Positions 29,295 to 39,462 of a stretch of DNA of 64,000 nucleotides are shown one piece after another. The notes under the pieces were generated by a model. The model was not told the origin of the DNA, ran no database searches, and saw only the letters and a list, made by a program, of their open reading frames with translations. Location of the stretch: positions 65,060-129,059 of the forward strand of contig MHSS01000002.1 in assembly GCA_001822835.1 (NCBI GenBank), read 5' to 3'. The translations under genes were made by a program, and so were the position numbers. Source of the DNA: Candidatus Terrybacteria bacterium RIFCSPHIGHO2_01_FULL_48_17 (GTDB lineage: Bacteria > Patescibacteriota > Minisyncoccia > Terrybacterales > 2-01-FULL-58-14). Every line of letters begins with the position of its first letter. Within the stretch, counting starts at the first letter, position 1.

Positions 29295-29305
29295 TCTTGT
29301 GGTCC

Positions 29306-30514
29306 ATGGAACTTTCTTCTGTCTTTAATTTCACATGGAATTGGTATGCGGTACCTTCTTTTATCGGTGCCCTAGTTAATATTGTCCTTGGAATATACAT
29401 ATATCTAAAACCTCGCCAGCGGGATATGGCGAGTGTTTTGTTTATGTTTTTTGTGGCGTGTCTTGCGTTGTGGGCATTTGACGAAGGATTAACCCGGCTT
29501 GCCGCGACCGAAGATGCCACGCGATTCTGGGCGAATCGCGCCTCGACCGGCTGGATTTTTATGGCACCAATCTTTTTCCATTTCGCTTTGGCGCTCACAC
29601 GGCGCGAGAAAATAGCACAAAATCCAGCGGTCATTGCTGCCCTTTATTTTCCTGCCGCAATTTTTTATTTTATAAATCTCTCAACAACTCTTTTGTTGAA
29701 TGAACATTACAAACAGGTCCCCTGGGGATGGGATAATAGTCCTCCTACGCCATTATTTAATTTAGTTTTTTCGCCGTGGCTTGAGTTTTTCTTTATCGCG
29801 TCCATCATACTTTTTCTTCGGGAAAGGGCTCGAAAAACTGCGACCTACGACGAGAAACGCCGCGCATCGCTTATCGCAGCCGGCCTTTTCGTCCCCCTGT
29901 TTACGGGAACGATTTCACAGATTATTCTCCCAGCACTGGGTATTGAAATTGTGGGCCTTACCACGACCTTTATGCCGGTGTTGGCTCTTTCGGTTTTTAT
30001 TGCCATTGTGCGCCATCGTCTTTTCATCGTGACGCCCTCATTGGCCCTGGATACGGTTTTGGAAACCATGAATGATGCTATTGTAGTTACCGATACGATC
30101 GGAAGGATCCAATTTATCAATAAAACCGCAGAGACCCTTTTCTTCTGGAAGAACGACGATATTGCAGGATACGATCTTTCGATTTTGTTTCCTTCCAATA
30201 CCAATCATCATAGTCGATTTGTGACCGATTCGGTTTCGCGTCTCATGCAGGGCGAGTTTGTGGACGATTTTGAAACAATATTTGTGGATAGCCAGAACCG
30301 TCAAATTCCCGTAACCATTTCTGCAGCCCCTGTTCAGTTTTCTGAGGAGGGATTTGAGCCCGCAGGTTTTGTGCTTGTTGCGCACGATACAAGAGAACTG
30401 CAGCTTCTTACGGGAAAACTTAAGCGCATTAACGATGCTTTGCGTGCCGCCAAGGGGGGCCTTGAATCGGAACTCGGTGTACTCATGCGGGGAAAACTCA
30501 AAGGCACACCATAA
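29306..30514 (+). CDS. HisKA_7TM-like membrane sensor + PAS, no output domain
   Basis: About 7 TM segments, then a PAS domain (LETMNDAIVVTD..GRIQFIN) and a short coiled coil. Confidence 0.75.
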   Translation: MELSSVFNFTWNWYAVPSFIGALVNIVLGIYIYLKPRQRDMASVLFMFFVACLALWAFDEGLTRLAATEDATRFWANRASTGWIFMAPIFFHFALALTRREKIAQNPAVIAALYFPAAIFYFINLSTTLLLNEHYKQVPWGWDNSPPTPLFNLVFSPWLEFFFIASIILFLRERARKTATYDEKRRASLIAAGLFVPLFTGTISQIILPALGIEIVGLTTTFMPVLALSVFIAIVRHRLFIVTPSLALDTVLETMNDAIVVTDTIGRIQFINKTAETLFFWKNDDIAGYDLSILFPSNTNHHSRFVTDSVSRLMQGEFVDDFETIFVDSQNRQIPVTISAAPVQFSEEGFEPAGFVLVAHDTRELQLLTGKLKRINDALRAAKGGLESELGVLMRGKLKGTP

Positions 30515-30526
30515 TCTCTGCTTTTT

Positions 30527-31729
30527 ATGTTTTATACCGACCTTTCGTCTTTAACAGATCTTGCATGGAATCCGTATGCGTTGATGTCGTTTATTCCGGC
30601 GCTTTTAATGTTTGGCCTGGCATGGTATTTGCTACTATGGTTTCGGCAGCGGCCAGGCAACATTTTCTATATCCTTTTGCTTGCGTTTTTGGGAATTTGG
30701 TCATTTACCGAAGGGATGTCCCGCTTAAGCGGAAATGCGGAGGCCGCTTCATTTTGGATTAAAGCATCAGCAATCGGATTTTGTTTTGCCATTCCGTTTT
30801 ATGCGCATTTTGCATTGTTTTATACAAGACGCGAAAAAACCGCAAGCCATCCTTTAACATATCTTTCGTTTTATTTCCCCGCACTCCTTTTTTATTTTAT
30901 AGCTATGCAAACTACGTTAATCGTTGATCCGGCAACATATGAATTGACCCCTTGGGGATGGGCTGGCATGCCTCCGCCATTTGTTCTTTTTGTTTTTACT
31001 CCCTGGTTATGGGTGCTTGGCACTCTTGTCTTCTTTCTGTTTTTGTGGGAATTTCGAAGACATGGCTTAAGCTCGAATGAGAAAAAAGTGTTGGGAGCCG
31101 CATTACTTGCAACCGCATTTCCGTTTATCGCTGGAACCATCACGCAAATCGTGCTGCCAGCTTTTGAAATCAAAATCCTTCCTCCTATGGTTACCGCTTC
31201 GTTGGTGGTGCTTGCCGCGATTCTCTTTCTGCAGGTGATGCGCTGGAAGATGTTTGGGATTACGCCTTCTCTGGCGCGACAATCGATTCTCTCTGCTATG
31301 GCAGATGGGGTTATTATTACGGATAATAGCGGGAGAATTCAGTATGTAAACCGCGCAGCCGAAAAACTCTCGGATATTCCCGAAGAAGGTTTGAAAGGAA
31401 ACGATCTTTCGGTTTTGTTTCCACGGGAAGGCATTTCCTACGAGCGTTTTGTAAGTGCCCTCCTTGCTCAAGTAAAGGCGGGCAAACGCATGAATAGTTT
31501 CGAAGGAGAATTTTTGGGAAAAGAGGGGACGCACATTCCCGTGCTCATTTCGGGTGCCGGGGTTGTCTTGGAAGAGAGCGGGGGGCGCGAAACAGTTGGT
31601 ATGGTGTTTGTGGTACACGATAATCGCAAGGCCACATCCGTTTTGCAGGAACTTGAGGCAAAAAGCCATGAGTTAGCAACCGTCGAGAAGCGGCTTCGGG
31701 AACAACTGAAGGGAGCCGCGCAAGCATAG
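30527..31729 (+). CDS. HisKA_7TM-like membrane sensor + PAS, paralogue
   Basis: Same architecture and shared PWGW motif, with PAS (MADGVIITD.SGRIQYVN). Confidence 0.75.
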   Translation: MFYTDLSSLTDLAWNPYALMSFIPALLMFGLAWYLLLWFRQRPGNIFYILLLAFLGIWSFTEGMSRLSGNAEAASFWIKASAIGFCFAIPFYAHFALFYTRREKTASHPLTYLSFYFPALLFYFIAMQTTLIVDPATYELTPWGWAGMPPPFVLFVFTPWLWVLGTLVFFLFLWEFRRHGLSSNEKKVLGAALLATAFPFIAGTITQIVLPAFEIKILPPMVTASLVVLAAILFLQVMRWKMFGITPSLARQSILSAMADGVIITDNSGRIQYVNRAAEKLSDIPEEGLKGNDLSVLFPREGISYERFVSALLAQVKAGKRMNSFEGEFLGKEGTHIPVLISGAGVVLEESGGRETVGMVFVVHDNRKATSVLQELEAKSHELATVEKRLREQLKGAAQA

Positions 31730-31784
31730 CCGTCGCGCACAAGGCCGGCGGTTTGTCATATATATTGAATTGCCTGGCGTGTTT

Positions 31785-32984
31785 TTAGACCCCAAATCCA
31801 GGTTTTGCGATTGGCAAAAGAACCGTAAACGTAGAACCCTTCCCTTCTTCTGAAATAACATTGACGTCGCCTCCATGCATGCGGGCGATATTTTTTGAAA
31901 TAAATAATCCCATTCCCGTTCCCTCGGTTTGCATGCGAATAACGTTTTCTGCCCGGAAGAACTTTGTAAAAAGCCGCGGAAGATCCTCTTTAGGGATACC
32001 AACGCCCGTATCCATAACTTCCACTTTTACGCTCCCTTCCTCTTTGAAGGCACGTATCGTAATAGTCCCTCCTGGTGGCGTATAGTTTACCGCATTGGCC
32101 AAAAGATTCGAAAAAATCATAGATATGCGTTGGGCATCAAGGTATAGTTTTGGAAGTGGCTCTTCCGGTTTTTCATAGCGAACCGTAATGCGTTTTTGTA
32201 ATGCAGTTTGTTCTGTCTGTTTCACCTCTGCTTCAAGAATTGGTTCAAGTTGCGTAGGTTGCAGAGAATACCCGAACCTTCCCTCTTCGATGCGCGATGC
32301 GTCCAGCAAATCCGAAACGAGTTTAATCATTCGTTCATTCGATTCGTAGCCGCGTCCAAGAAATTCCTGCTGTTCGGAACTAAGTTGTCCCAAGTCGCCG
32401 TCAAGCGCCATGCGAAACGTCCATTTAATAGTTGAAAGGGGGGTGCGTAGCTGATGAGCCGCAATGGAGATAAATTCTGATTTAAGTTTCGCAAGTTCGT
32501 GTTCACGTTCTTGTGTTTCCATAAAGTTTTGCACAAGCTGATTGAACGAACGCCCCAGCTGCGCAAGCTCATCCTGGCCTGGGATGACAAGTTGTATCGG
32601 CTTTCCGCCATGGCTCATCCATTGGATTGCAGCAAGCATCCTGCGAACAGGACTCACCACGATTCTCGCGATAAGAAGCGCGGTAAGAATTGCGGAAAGC
32701 GACGCAATAAAGGCAATTATGGTAAATTCTGCTGTCTGTCTGCTTGTGGTTTCTGCCAAAAATATGGCCGCATCGTTTGATGAAGAAGTTCCGATGTTTG
32801 TAGTAAGGCGCTCTAATTGTATGCGTTCAAGGATAATCATTCCCACAAGTCCTATGGTAATAGGAAAGATGAGTACAACGAAAAAGAGCGATAGGATTTT
32901 TGCGCCAAGATTTATGCGCACCCGAGATACTCCAAGTTTCGTTTCTGGGGATTGTTCAACGGTTTTATAGGATGATTGGGCCAT
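31785..32984 (-). CDS. HAMP-HisKA-HATPase histidine kinase
   Basis: 2 TM, HAMP (DELAQL..SFN), H-box AAHQLRTPL, N-box and G-boxes. Confidence 0.93.
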   Translation of the reverse strand: MAQSSYKTVEQSPETKLGVSRVRINLGAKILSLFFVVLIFPITIGLVGMIILERIQLERLTTNIGTSSSNDAAIFLAETTSRQTAEFTIIAFIASLSAILTALLIARIVVSPVRRMLAAIQWMSHGGKPIQLVIPGQDELAQLGRSFNQLVQNFMETQEREHELAKLKSEFISIAAHQLRTPLSTIKWTFRMALDGDLGQLSSEQQEFLGRGYESNERMIKLVSDLLDASRIEEGRFGYSLQPTQLEPILEAEVKQTEQTALQKRITVRYEKPEEPLPKLYLDAQRISMIFSNLLANAVNYTPPGGTITIRAFKEEGSVKVEVMDTGVGIPKEDLPRLFTKFFRAENVIRMQTEGTGMGLFISKNIARMHGGDVNVISEEGKGSTFTVLLPIAKPGFGV

Positions 32985-33057
32985 ACGTTTAGTGTAGCGC
33001 GGGAATTTGCGAAAGCAAAGAAAGTTCCCGCAGATCTTTATCTGCGGGAATAGTTAT

Positions 33058-33483
33058 TTATAGACGATCTTCAAATAGTGCAAAGCGTTTAAAATGACTT
33101 TGGTACATATTGGGCGGGAGCTCTTCGATGGGAAACCATTGTGCATCTAGGATATCGTCGCCGGCCCTAAGTTTCAGTCGCTCATAGACAATTGCCAAAA
33201 AAATAATGACTTCGTGGTCGTTGGTCCCGGCCTCCCTATGTGCGGCCTGAAAAACTGATGGGTCAAGCTCCACGGTTGCTTCTTCGCGCCCTTCTCGTTG
33301 CGCGGTCTCCAAGGGTTTTTCACCTTTTCGCGCGCGACCTCCAATCATTCCCCATTTGCTTGGTTTTTGGATACCCGGCGCCGGCATGCTTTCAGGATTA
33401 AGCACGAGCGCTGTTTCGTATTTGCCCTTTGGGCTTTGGTAGAGGAGCGCGATAAAAACCGATCGCGATAGCGGTTTTGTCAC
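33058..33483 (-). CDS. NUDIX hydrolase
   Basis: Nudix box GG.ARKGE.PLETAQREGREEA. Confidence 0.85.
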   Translation of the reverse strand: MTKPLSRSVFIALLYQSPKGKYETALVLNPESMPAPGIQKPSKWGMIGGRARKGEKPLETAQREGREEATVELDPSVFQAAHREAGTNDHEVIIFLAIVYERLKLRAGDDILDAQWFPIEELPPNMYQSHFKRFALFEDRL

Positions 33484-33518
33484 TTCTGCTGTGCCTCCGT
33501 TTTTGATTTTGTAGTATT

Positions 33519-34610
33519 CTACGCCTTTTTGTTTATAATGTCAAGAAACAGTTGTTCGTAGCCGTCCACCATCTTTTCTACCGTAAAATATTCCTCTACG
33601 TGTTTTCGGCACGCCCTACGATCAATTTGGTCAATTTTTTTCATAGCGTCGGCCATTTCCTCAACCGTATCTACAATAAATCCAGTCACTCCGTCTTTCA
33701 CCACTTCAGGTACCGATCCACGACGGAATGCGATTACTGGGGTTCCGCAGGCCATCGCCTCAATCATGGTAAGCCCAAATGGTTCTTCCCATCGAATAGG
33801 GATCAGTACGGCCCGGGCTTTTTGGTAGAAGCGAACAGTTTCCGAATAGGGGACAAGACCTTCGCTGCGAATCTGATTGCCATCAAGGAAGGGTTCGATG
33901 CGGGTATTCCAATAGTCATCTTTTCCCTGTCCCCCCACAATGCGAAGAGATTGTTTGCAAAGTCGTGCCGCCTCTATAGCTTCTGCCGTTCCCTTGTCTT
34001 TATTTATGCGACCGATGAAGAGGAAAAAATCTTCTGGGGTTTGGGAAAAAGGAAATTTTTCTATATCAATGCCGTTATATACTGTTTCTATCCAATGAAG
34101 ATTTTGCGCAGGTTTTCGTTGCGCATCGCTGATGGAAACAAGGTATTGGGGGGAATCTTTGAAGAGTCCAAAAGCTTTTTCATGCCAACTATATACCGGA
34201 GTATGAAGAGTATATATAGTTGGCGTCTTAGCAACAAAACCTAACGGAAGACCTCGATCAAGGGCATGGGCGTGAATTACATCAAATGGCTTGTCACGAT
34301 CCATTTTGTAGAGTTCCGCGAAAAGGCGTTGATCCCATAGATTAATGATTTTTTCCCGTTCGGTATGCCGAATATCCTCTGCCTGATAAATTTCCGGTTC
34401 TTGCGGGTAATTTTTATGAAACGGCTCAAGCTCTGCAGTAACAATAGTAGTTCCCTCAAGTCGCGAGCCATTGGGAGTAAAGAACGTAACTTCATGGCCG
34501 CGTTGCGCAAGTCCTTTATTGATCATCATGGCCATCCATATGGGGGCATACACGACCGAAGGTGGGGGCGGGGCGGGAAAGGCGGCAGTAACAATTGAAG
34601 CAATGCGCAT
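33519..34610 (-). CDS. GT4 glycosyltransferase
   Basis: EEPFGLTMIEAMACGTPVI motif. Confidence 0.9.
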   Translation of the reverse strand: MRIASIVTAAFPAPPPPSVVYAPIWMAMMINKGLAQRGHEVTFFTPNGSRLEGTTIVTAELEPFHKNYPQEPEIYQAEDIRHTEREKIINLWDQRLFAELYKMDRDKPFDVIHAHALDRGLPLGFVAKTPTIYTLHTPVYSWHEKAFGLFKDSPQYLVSISDAQRKPAQNLHWIETVYNGIDIEKFPFSQTPEDFFLFIGRINKDKGTAEAIEAARLCKQSLRIVGGQGKDDYWNTRIEPFLDGNQIRSEGLVPYSETVRFYQKARAVLIPIRWEEPFGLTMIEAMACGTPVIAFRRGSVPEVVKDGVTGFIVDTVEEMADAMKKIDQIDRRACRKHVEEYFTVEKMVDGYEQLFLDIINKKA

Positions 34611-34615
34611 ATCCT

Positions 34616-35671
34616 TTATTTTCTTCTTAAAATTTTGTAGTAGAGACGTTCATATGCCTCCACCATTCGTTCTTTTGAAAACATTCGTTCTACCCATCGA
34701 CGGCACATGTTTCTGTCAATCTCGTTGATGCGCGTCATCGCCGCCACTATTCCTGGAATGTTTTTGACAAGAAAACCGGTTTTCCCCTGAAGGACAAGTT
34801 CTGGCACTGATCCTCGAGGATATCCGATTATCGGCGTTCCGCACGCCATGGCTTCGGTCATGACAAGCCCAAATGGCTCATTCCATTCGATTGGGTAAAG
34901 AAGCGCGCGCGCACCGCCATAGAAAGCAGAGAGTTCGTGCTCGGGAATTTCTCCGATGTATTGTATTTTTCTTGATAGATGGGGCTTGATCGCTTTCCGA
35001 AAATAGTCGCGTTGCGTTGGGTCAAGTCGCCCCGCCAACAGTAATTTTTCGCCTGCACGTTCGCATGCAGCGATCGCGTTTTCGATCCCTTTGTGTTTAT
35101 TGATGCGCGCAATCCATGCAAAATAATCTTTCGGCCTTGAAGAAAAATAAAGATGTGCAAGATCGTTTCCGTTATAAATTACCCAGCTTTTGGGAAAGTG
35201 GACTTTTGCAATAGCGCGCTCGGATTTGCTGATAAATACCGCGTTGGTGCTGTGGCGATAGACACGGAAAAGCGAAAGCCGATCATCTAATCCGCGGGCT
35301 TCTCGGTAGAGTTGATTATGAAACGTGTGAACAGTTGGCGTTGCCGTAAGCTCTTGAAAAAAAAGTGTCCACAAATCAAGATGCGAGTGGATAATATCAA
35401 ATTGATGAGATTTCCCATAAACCGCGCTGAGATTCCGTAGATTCCACAGTGGATTTTGCCACTGAATACCTTCGGCAATGAGAGGTTTTGGGTATACGCT
35501 TACCAACTTCGCGCGCGTTTTTGAACCTGGCGCTGCAAAAAGCGTCACCTCATGACCATGTTCTATAAGTCCATCGCAGAGCCACGCAATAATGCGTTCA
35601 ATCCCGCCATATTTTTTTGGGGGGATGGTAAACCATAGGGGCGCAATTTGTGCGATGCGTAATTTTTTCAT
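34616..35671 (-). CDS. GT4 glycosyltransferase
   Basis: PP..YGGIE and EPFGLVMTEAMACGTP motifs. Confidence 0.9.
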   Translation of the reverse strand: MKKLRIAQIAPLWFTIPPKKYGGIERIIAWLCDGLIEHGHEVTLFAAPGSKTRAKLVSVYPKPLIAEGIQWQNPLWNLRNLSAVYGKSHQFDIIHSHLDLWTLFFQELTATPTVHTFHNQLYREARGLDDRLSLFRVYRHSTNAVFISKSERAIAKVHFPKSWVIYNGNDLAHLYFSSRPKDYFAWIARINKHKGIENAIAACERAGEKLLLAGRLDPTQRDYFRKAIKPHLSRKIQYIGEIPEHELSAFYGGARALLYPIEWNEPFGLVMTEAMACGTPIIGYPRGSVPELVLQGKTGFLVKNIPGIVAAMTRINEIDRNMCRRWVERMFSKERMVEAYERLYYKILRRK

Positions 35672-36702
35672 GCTTGTTTGGAAAGAATTTTTCTATAGAG
35701 CTTTTCGTATTCGTTTGTCATGCGCTCAAGCGAAAAGTGGCGCTCCGCAACCGCACGACACATGTGTCGCGATATCTCCGGGATTTTTGAAACGAGGCGC
35801 GCCATATGAAGCGTTGAGCGGGCAAAAAAACCGGTTTTGCCGTTTTCAATGATTTCAGGAACCGATCCTTCAGGAAATGCGAGTACGGGCGTGCCACAGG
35901 CGAGTGCCTCTATCATAACAAGCCCGAATGGTTCTCGGCGTAAGATCGGAAACAAAAGGGCGTCTGCTCCCTGCATGAGTTTTACCTTTTTGTCAAAATC
36001 TGCCTGTCCGATATAGATGATTTTTTCATTGAGACGCGGTTTAATTCTTCGCACAAAAAACTCCCAGCCGTCTTTTCCTACGATGTTTCCCGCAATAATT
36101 AATCTGCGTTTCGCAATGCGGGCGACCTCAATTGCTTCGATAACTCCTTTCTCTTCATCAATTTTTGAAAGGAACAGCAGATATCCCTCCGAGTGTTTGG
36201 AGAAAGGATAGCGCTCAAGCGGAAGGCCGTGGTAAATAACTTGTTCGATGGAAAGGGGAGATGCGCTTTGCGCTTGGTCTTTTGAAATGGCGACGAACTT
36301 GATGTTTTTTGCTTCTTGATAGAGGTGGTGGGTTTCGGGGTAAAGCGGACGATGCAGGGTTTGCACAATCGGGATGGTGAGTTGTCGTGCAAAGGGTGCA
36401 AAATAAAATCCAATGTGGCTATGGATGATGTCAAATTGATTGGCGTTTTCTGTAACTTTTTGAATTAAGTGAAGAATACATGCGTGGGGATCGCGCAGGG
36501 TTCGGTCGCGCCAAATCGCTTTGGGACACGAAGACACGAGGGTACCCGCTGTCTTGGAATCCCCTGATGCGAAAAGCGTAACGTGATGGCCGCGCGCAAT
36601 CAGCTCTTCGGTAAGAAGCGAGACGACATATTCTGTGCCGCCATGGGTAATTGGCGGCACGGGAACCCACACGGGCGCTATTTGTGCAATACGCAATGGC
36701 AC
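35668..36702 (-). CDS. GT4 glycosyltransferase
   Basis: PP..HGGTE and EPFGLVMIEALACGTP motifs. Confidence 0.9.
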   Translation of the reverse strand: MPLRIAQIAPVWVPVPPITHGGTEYVVSLLTEELIARGHHVTLFASGDSKTAGTLVSSCPKAIWRDRTLRDPHACILHLIQKVTENANQFDIIHSHIGFYFAPFARQLTIPIVQTLHRPLYPETHHLYQEAKNIKFVAISKDQAQSASPLSIEQVIYHGLPLERYPFSKHSEGYLLFLSKIDEEKGVIEAIEVARIAKRRLIIAGNIVGKDGWEFFVRRIKPRLNEKIIYIGQADFDKKVKLMQGADALLFPILRREPFGLVMIEALACGTPVLAFPEGSVPEIIENGKTGFFARSTLHMARLVSKIPEISRHMCRAVAERHFSLERMTNEYEKLYRKILSKQA

Positions 36703-36751
36703 AATAATAGTATAGCATAGCGTACAAGAAATATCCCCGCGTGGGCGGGGA

Positions 36752-37153
36752 TTATTTACCGTTTAAACATTTTCGGAGGCGGCGTTTCAAAAGCATATAC
36801 CGTTTTCGCGTTGTGAACTTGGGATCAAGCACGTATTGGCGCGTGCGTTCTTGCGGAGGGCTGAATAGAGCCCCATCGGGAAATTGCTTGCGCGTAAGAT
36901 CAATAACGCTGCCATCCGGAAGTTGATTAAAATAGTGGCTTATTGGTTCACTTACCTCCGGCACAAATACGTTGACGCGTAGCAGCGTTCCCCCAAATTG
37001 GTCTTGTACGATACATGCGGTAACGGCGCACTGTCCCCATGCCGGATTTTTTCTTGACCAATTATGAGGATCAGCGCTTGTAGCACGCGACCACGCTCTC
37101 TCCAAGAGTATCCCCAGTTCTTTAAACTCTCGTTCCTGTTTGTCTTGAGACAC
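36752..37153 (-). CDS. YunG-like protein
   Basis: WS..NPAWGQCAVTA..VQD.FGG, HYFN and IDLT..QF motifs, with an AAGGAGG SD. Confidence 0.7.
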   Translation of the reverse strand: MSQDKQEREFKELGILLERAWSRATSADPHNWSRKNPAWGQCAVTACIVQDQFGGTLLRVNVFVPEVSEPISHYFNQLPDGSVIDLTRKQFPDGALFSPPQERTRQYVLDPKFTTRKRYMLLKRRLRKCLNGK

Positions 37154-37168
37154 TGCGATCCTCCTTTT

Positions 37169-37678
37169 CTACCGTGCTCGTTTTATTTCTCGTTCCCCAA
37201 AAGCGACTTCAAACGAAGTAATAAGCGCCTGCTCTATTGAGAGTGAGGCGAAATCCCATCCCGCTTTATTGCGCGCCTTTACTTGCACAATAAGCTCTTT
37301 AATTTCAAAGAGCGCGCACAATCGTGCGCAAAGCGTACAGGATGCGTATGGTTCTTCGCGAATCCATGCTTCATCAGAAGGTCCCATGCCGCAAATCACA
37401 AGTGACGCACCAGAAGGATCGTGACCATTTCGTACCGTATCTCTAAGTGCAGCCCATTCGGCATGTATTGCTTCGCAACGTTCCGCTTTCCCGCGCGGCC
37501 TGATGTTTTTTCGGTATTCGCAACACTGGAAACGCGCAACGCAGGGATGGACTTTTTTGGTATATCCGCGGCCGATGACTTCGCCGTCTTTTATGAGCAA
37601 TGCACCAAATTTCATGAGTGTGCAATCAGATTGCGCGGCGAGCGCAAGACATTCTTCCGCAAGCGATCGTTTGAACAT
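37169..37678 (-). CDS. dCMP/cytidine deaminase-like protein
   Basis: HAE...CTLC zinc motif and GALLIKDGEVI..GY. Confidence 0.82.
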   Translation of the reverse strand: MFKRSLAEECLALAAQSDCTLMKFGALLIKDGEVIGRGYTKKVHPCVARFQCCEYRKNIRPRGKAERCEAIHAEWAALRDTVRNGHDPSGASLVICGMGPSDEAWIREEPYASCTLCARLCALFEIKELIVQVKARNKAGWDFASLSIEQALITSFEVAFGEREIKRAR

Positions 37679-37789
37679 CGGACAGCATCCGTTCTTTATT
37701 TTTCAAGGTTAGTTTTTGTGTAACACGGTCTTTTAAAAAAGAAAAGGCCGACCGAAAAGGAGTCGCCGCGATCAGCGGCGACTCCTTTT

Positions 37790-37863
37790 TGGTCGGGGTG
37801 GGGAGAATCGAACTCCCGCTACAAGACCCCCAGCCTTGCGTACTACCATTATACGACACCCCG
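37790..37863 (-). tRNA. tRNA-Pro(GGG)
   Basis: Acceptor stem CGGGGTG/CACCCCG plus ACCA, anticodon arm CAAGG-CTGGGGG-TCTTG, T-loop GTTCGATT. Confidence 0.95.
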
Positions 37864-37929
37864 AAGCCCGCCTCTGGCGGGAAACTCGAAATCCTAAATC
37901 CGAAATCCAAAATAAATCCAAAACAAAAA

Positions 37930-37965
37930 ATTCGTATATTCGTATCTATTCGTATTTCGTAGTAT
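37930..37965 (+). repeat. 36-nt ATTCGTA-based dispersed motif, copy 1
   Basis: Near-identical copies at 40254-40289 and 45985-46020. Confidence 0.85.
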
Positions 37966-37967
37966 GG

Positions 37968-38180
37968 TCATCTTCCCTTTTTTGCTACTGTTCTCATGCA
38001 CTGGGTGCATGTCAAAAGACGAGTGCCTATGGCAAAACCCTTATATGTATACGGCAGCCGTAACCATTGGAGGTTTGGTTTTCTGTGAACAATTTTAGTG
38101 GGGTTATAGTGACCTCGGAGAAGTTTTCGTTTTCCACCCTTTAACCTCCCTTTGCCACATAATGCGCATTTTTTTTCCAT
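37968..38180 (-). CDS. rpmB: 50S ribosomal protein L28
   Basis: KCALCGK...KPNLQ...CTQCMRT. Confidence 0.85.
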   Translation of the reverse strand: MEKKCALCGKGRLKGGKRKLLRGHYNPTKIVHRKPNLQWLRLPYTYKGFAIGTRLLTCTQCMRTVAKKGR

Positions 38181-38292
38181 AAAGTTTTGGTTATTGGGAT
38201 TTGGACATTTGGATTTTATCTGTTACCCTGTGTAAGGTAAACCCTATGCCTTATCCCTTATACCCTATACCCTATACTCTCATTTTTGCAAC

Positions 38293-38958
38293 ATGGATCC
38301 TATACTAGGCGGCCTTTTCACTAATGGGTTTAGTTTGGTGGTGATTCTTTTTTCTGCCATTTTGCATGAAGTCGCGCATGGCGCGATGGCATTGCGTTTG
38401 GGCGACCCTACGGCAAAATATGCAGGCCGTTTAACATTAAACCCTCTTAAACATTTAGACCCGTTCGGTTCGGTGCTTTTGCCGTTGCTGCTTATTCTTG
38501 CCCGTTCGCCCATTCTTTTTGGCTATGCGTTGCCCGTGCCGTACAACCCCTATTATTTCAAAAATCCAAAATGGGGAAGCGTATGGGTAGGGCTTGCCGG
38601 ACCCCTCACGAATATCCTTATTGCCGTTGTCTGTGCCGTGGGGTTGCGAATTCTCTTGGGCCTTGGCCTTACATTGCCGCCGCTTTTCCCGCTGCTGATA
38701 TTTTATGCGGTATTGTTAAATCTTTTTTTGGCATTGTTTAACTTAATCCCCATTCCTCCGCTTGACGGCTCAAAGTTACTCTTGGCAATATTTCCTGAAC
38801 CCCTTCGTGCATTGCAGGATTTTTTAAACCGGCTTGGAGTATTTGCCTTAGCGCTTTTGTTCCCCATACTTATTTTGGTGTTCGCCCCCATTCTTTCCCG
38901 TATTGCGATTACGGTAGCCGTATGGCTTATTGGAGGCCCGCTTCCAACCCCTCTCTAA
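38293..38958 (+). CDS. site-2 protease (M50) family
   Basis: HEVAHG, LAGP.TN and NLIPIPPLDG motifs. Confidence 0.93.
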   Translation: MDPILGGLFTNGFSLVVILFSAILHEVAHGAMALRLGDPTAKYAGRLTLNPLKHLDPFGSVLLPLLLILARSPILFGYALPVPYNPYYFKNPKWGSVWVGLAGPLTNILIAVVCAVGLRILLGLGLTLPPLFPLLIFYAVLLNLFLALFNLIPIPPLDGSKLLLAIFPEPLRALQDFLNRLGVFALALLFPILILVFAPILSRIAITVAVWLIGGPLPTPL

Positions 38959-39017
38959 TCCTTGCGTTTATATTTGGGATACTGTACCCTGTTTCCTGAA
39001 CCCTAAATCCTATTATC

Positions 39018-39428
39018 ATGCCTACTATCCACCAGCTTGTGAAAAGGCCGCGTAAAAGGGCGATCCGAAAATCGACTTCGCCCGCATTGGAATATTCGTT
39101 TAATGCCATTAAAAACCGACCCACGTTTCATGCCTCTCCTTTCAAACGCGGCGTGTGTATCAAGGTAACGACTGTTACGCCCAAAAAACCAAATTCTGCG
39201 TTGCGCAAAGTTGCGCGCGTACGTTTGTCAAACGGCATGGAAGTGACGGCATATATTCCGGGTGAAGGGCATACGCTGCAAGAGCACTCGATGGTGGTAA
39301 TTCGCGGCGGGCGCGTGAAAGATTTGCCCGGCGTGCGGTATCACGTGGTGAGGGGCGTTTTGGACGCTTCTGGGGTTGAGGGAAGAAAGCGGCGAAGAAG
39401 CAAGTATGGTACAAAGCAGCCGAAATAA
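39018..39428 (+). CDS. rpsL: 30S ribosomal protein S12
   Basis: [10 protein letters not shown] and [10 protein letters not shown] motifs. Confidence 0.98.
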   Translation: MPTIHQLVKRPRKRAIRKSTSPALEYSFNAIKNRPTFHASPFKRGVCIKVTTVTPKKPNSALRKVARVRLSNGMEVTAYIPGEGHTLQEHSMVVIRGGRVKDLPGVRYHVVRGVLDASGVEGRKRRRSKYGTKQPK

Positions 39429-39462
39429 TTAAGAAACAACTTTCATTTTGTGGTTTTTAAGT

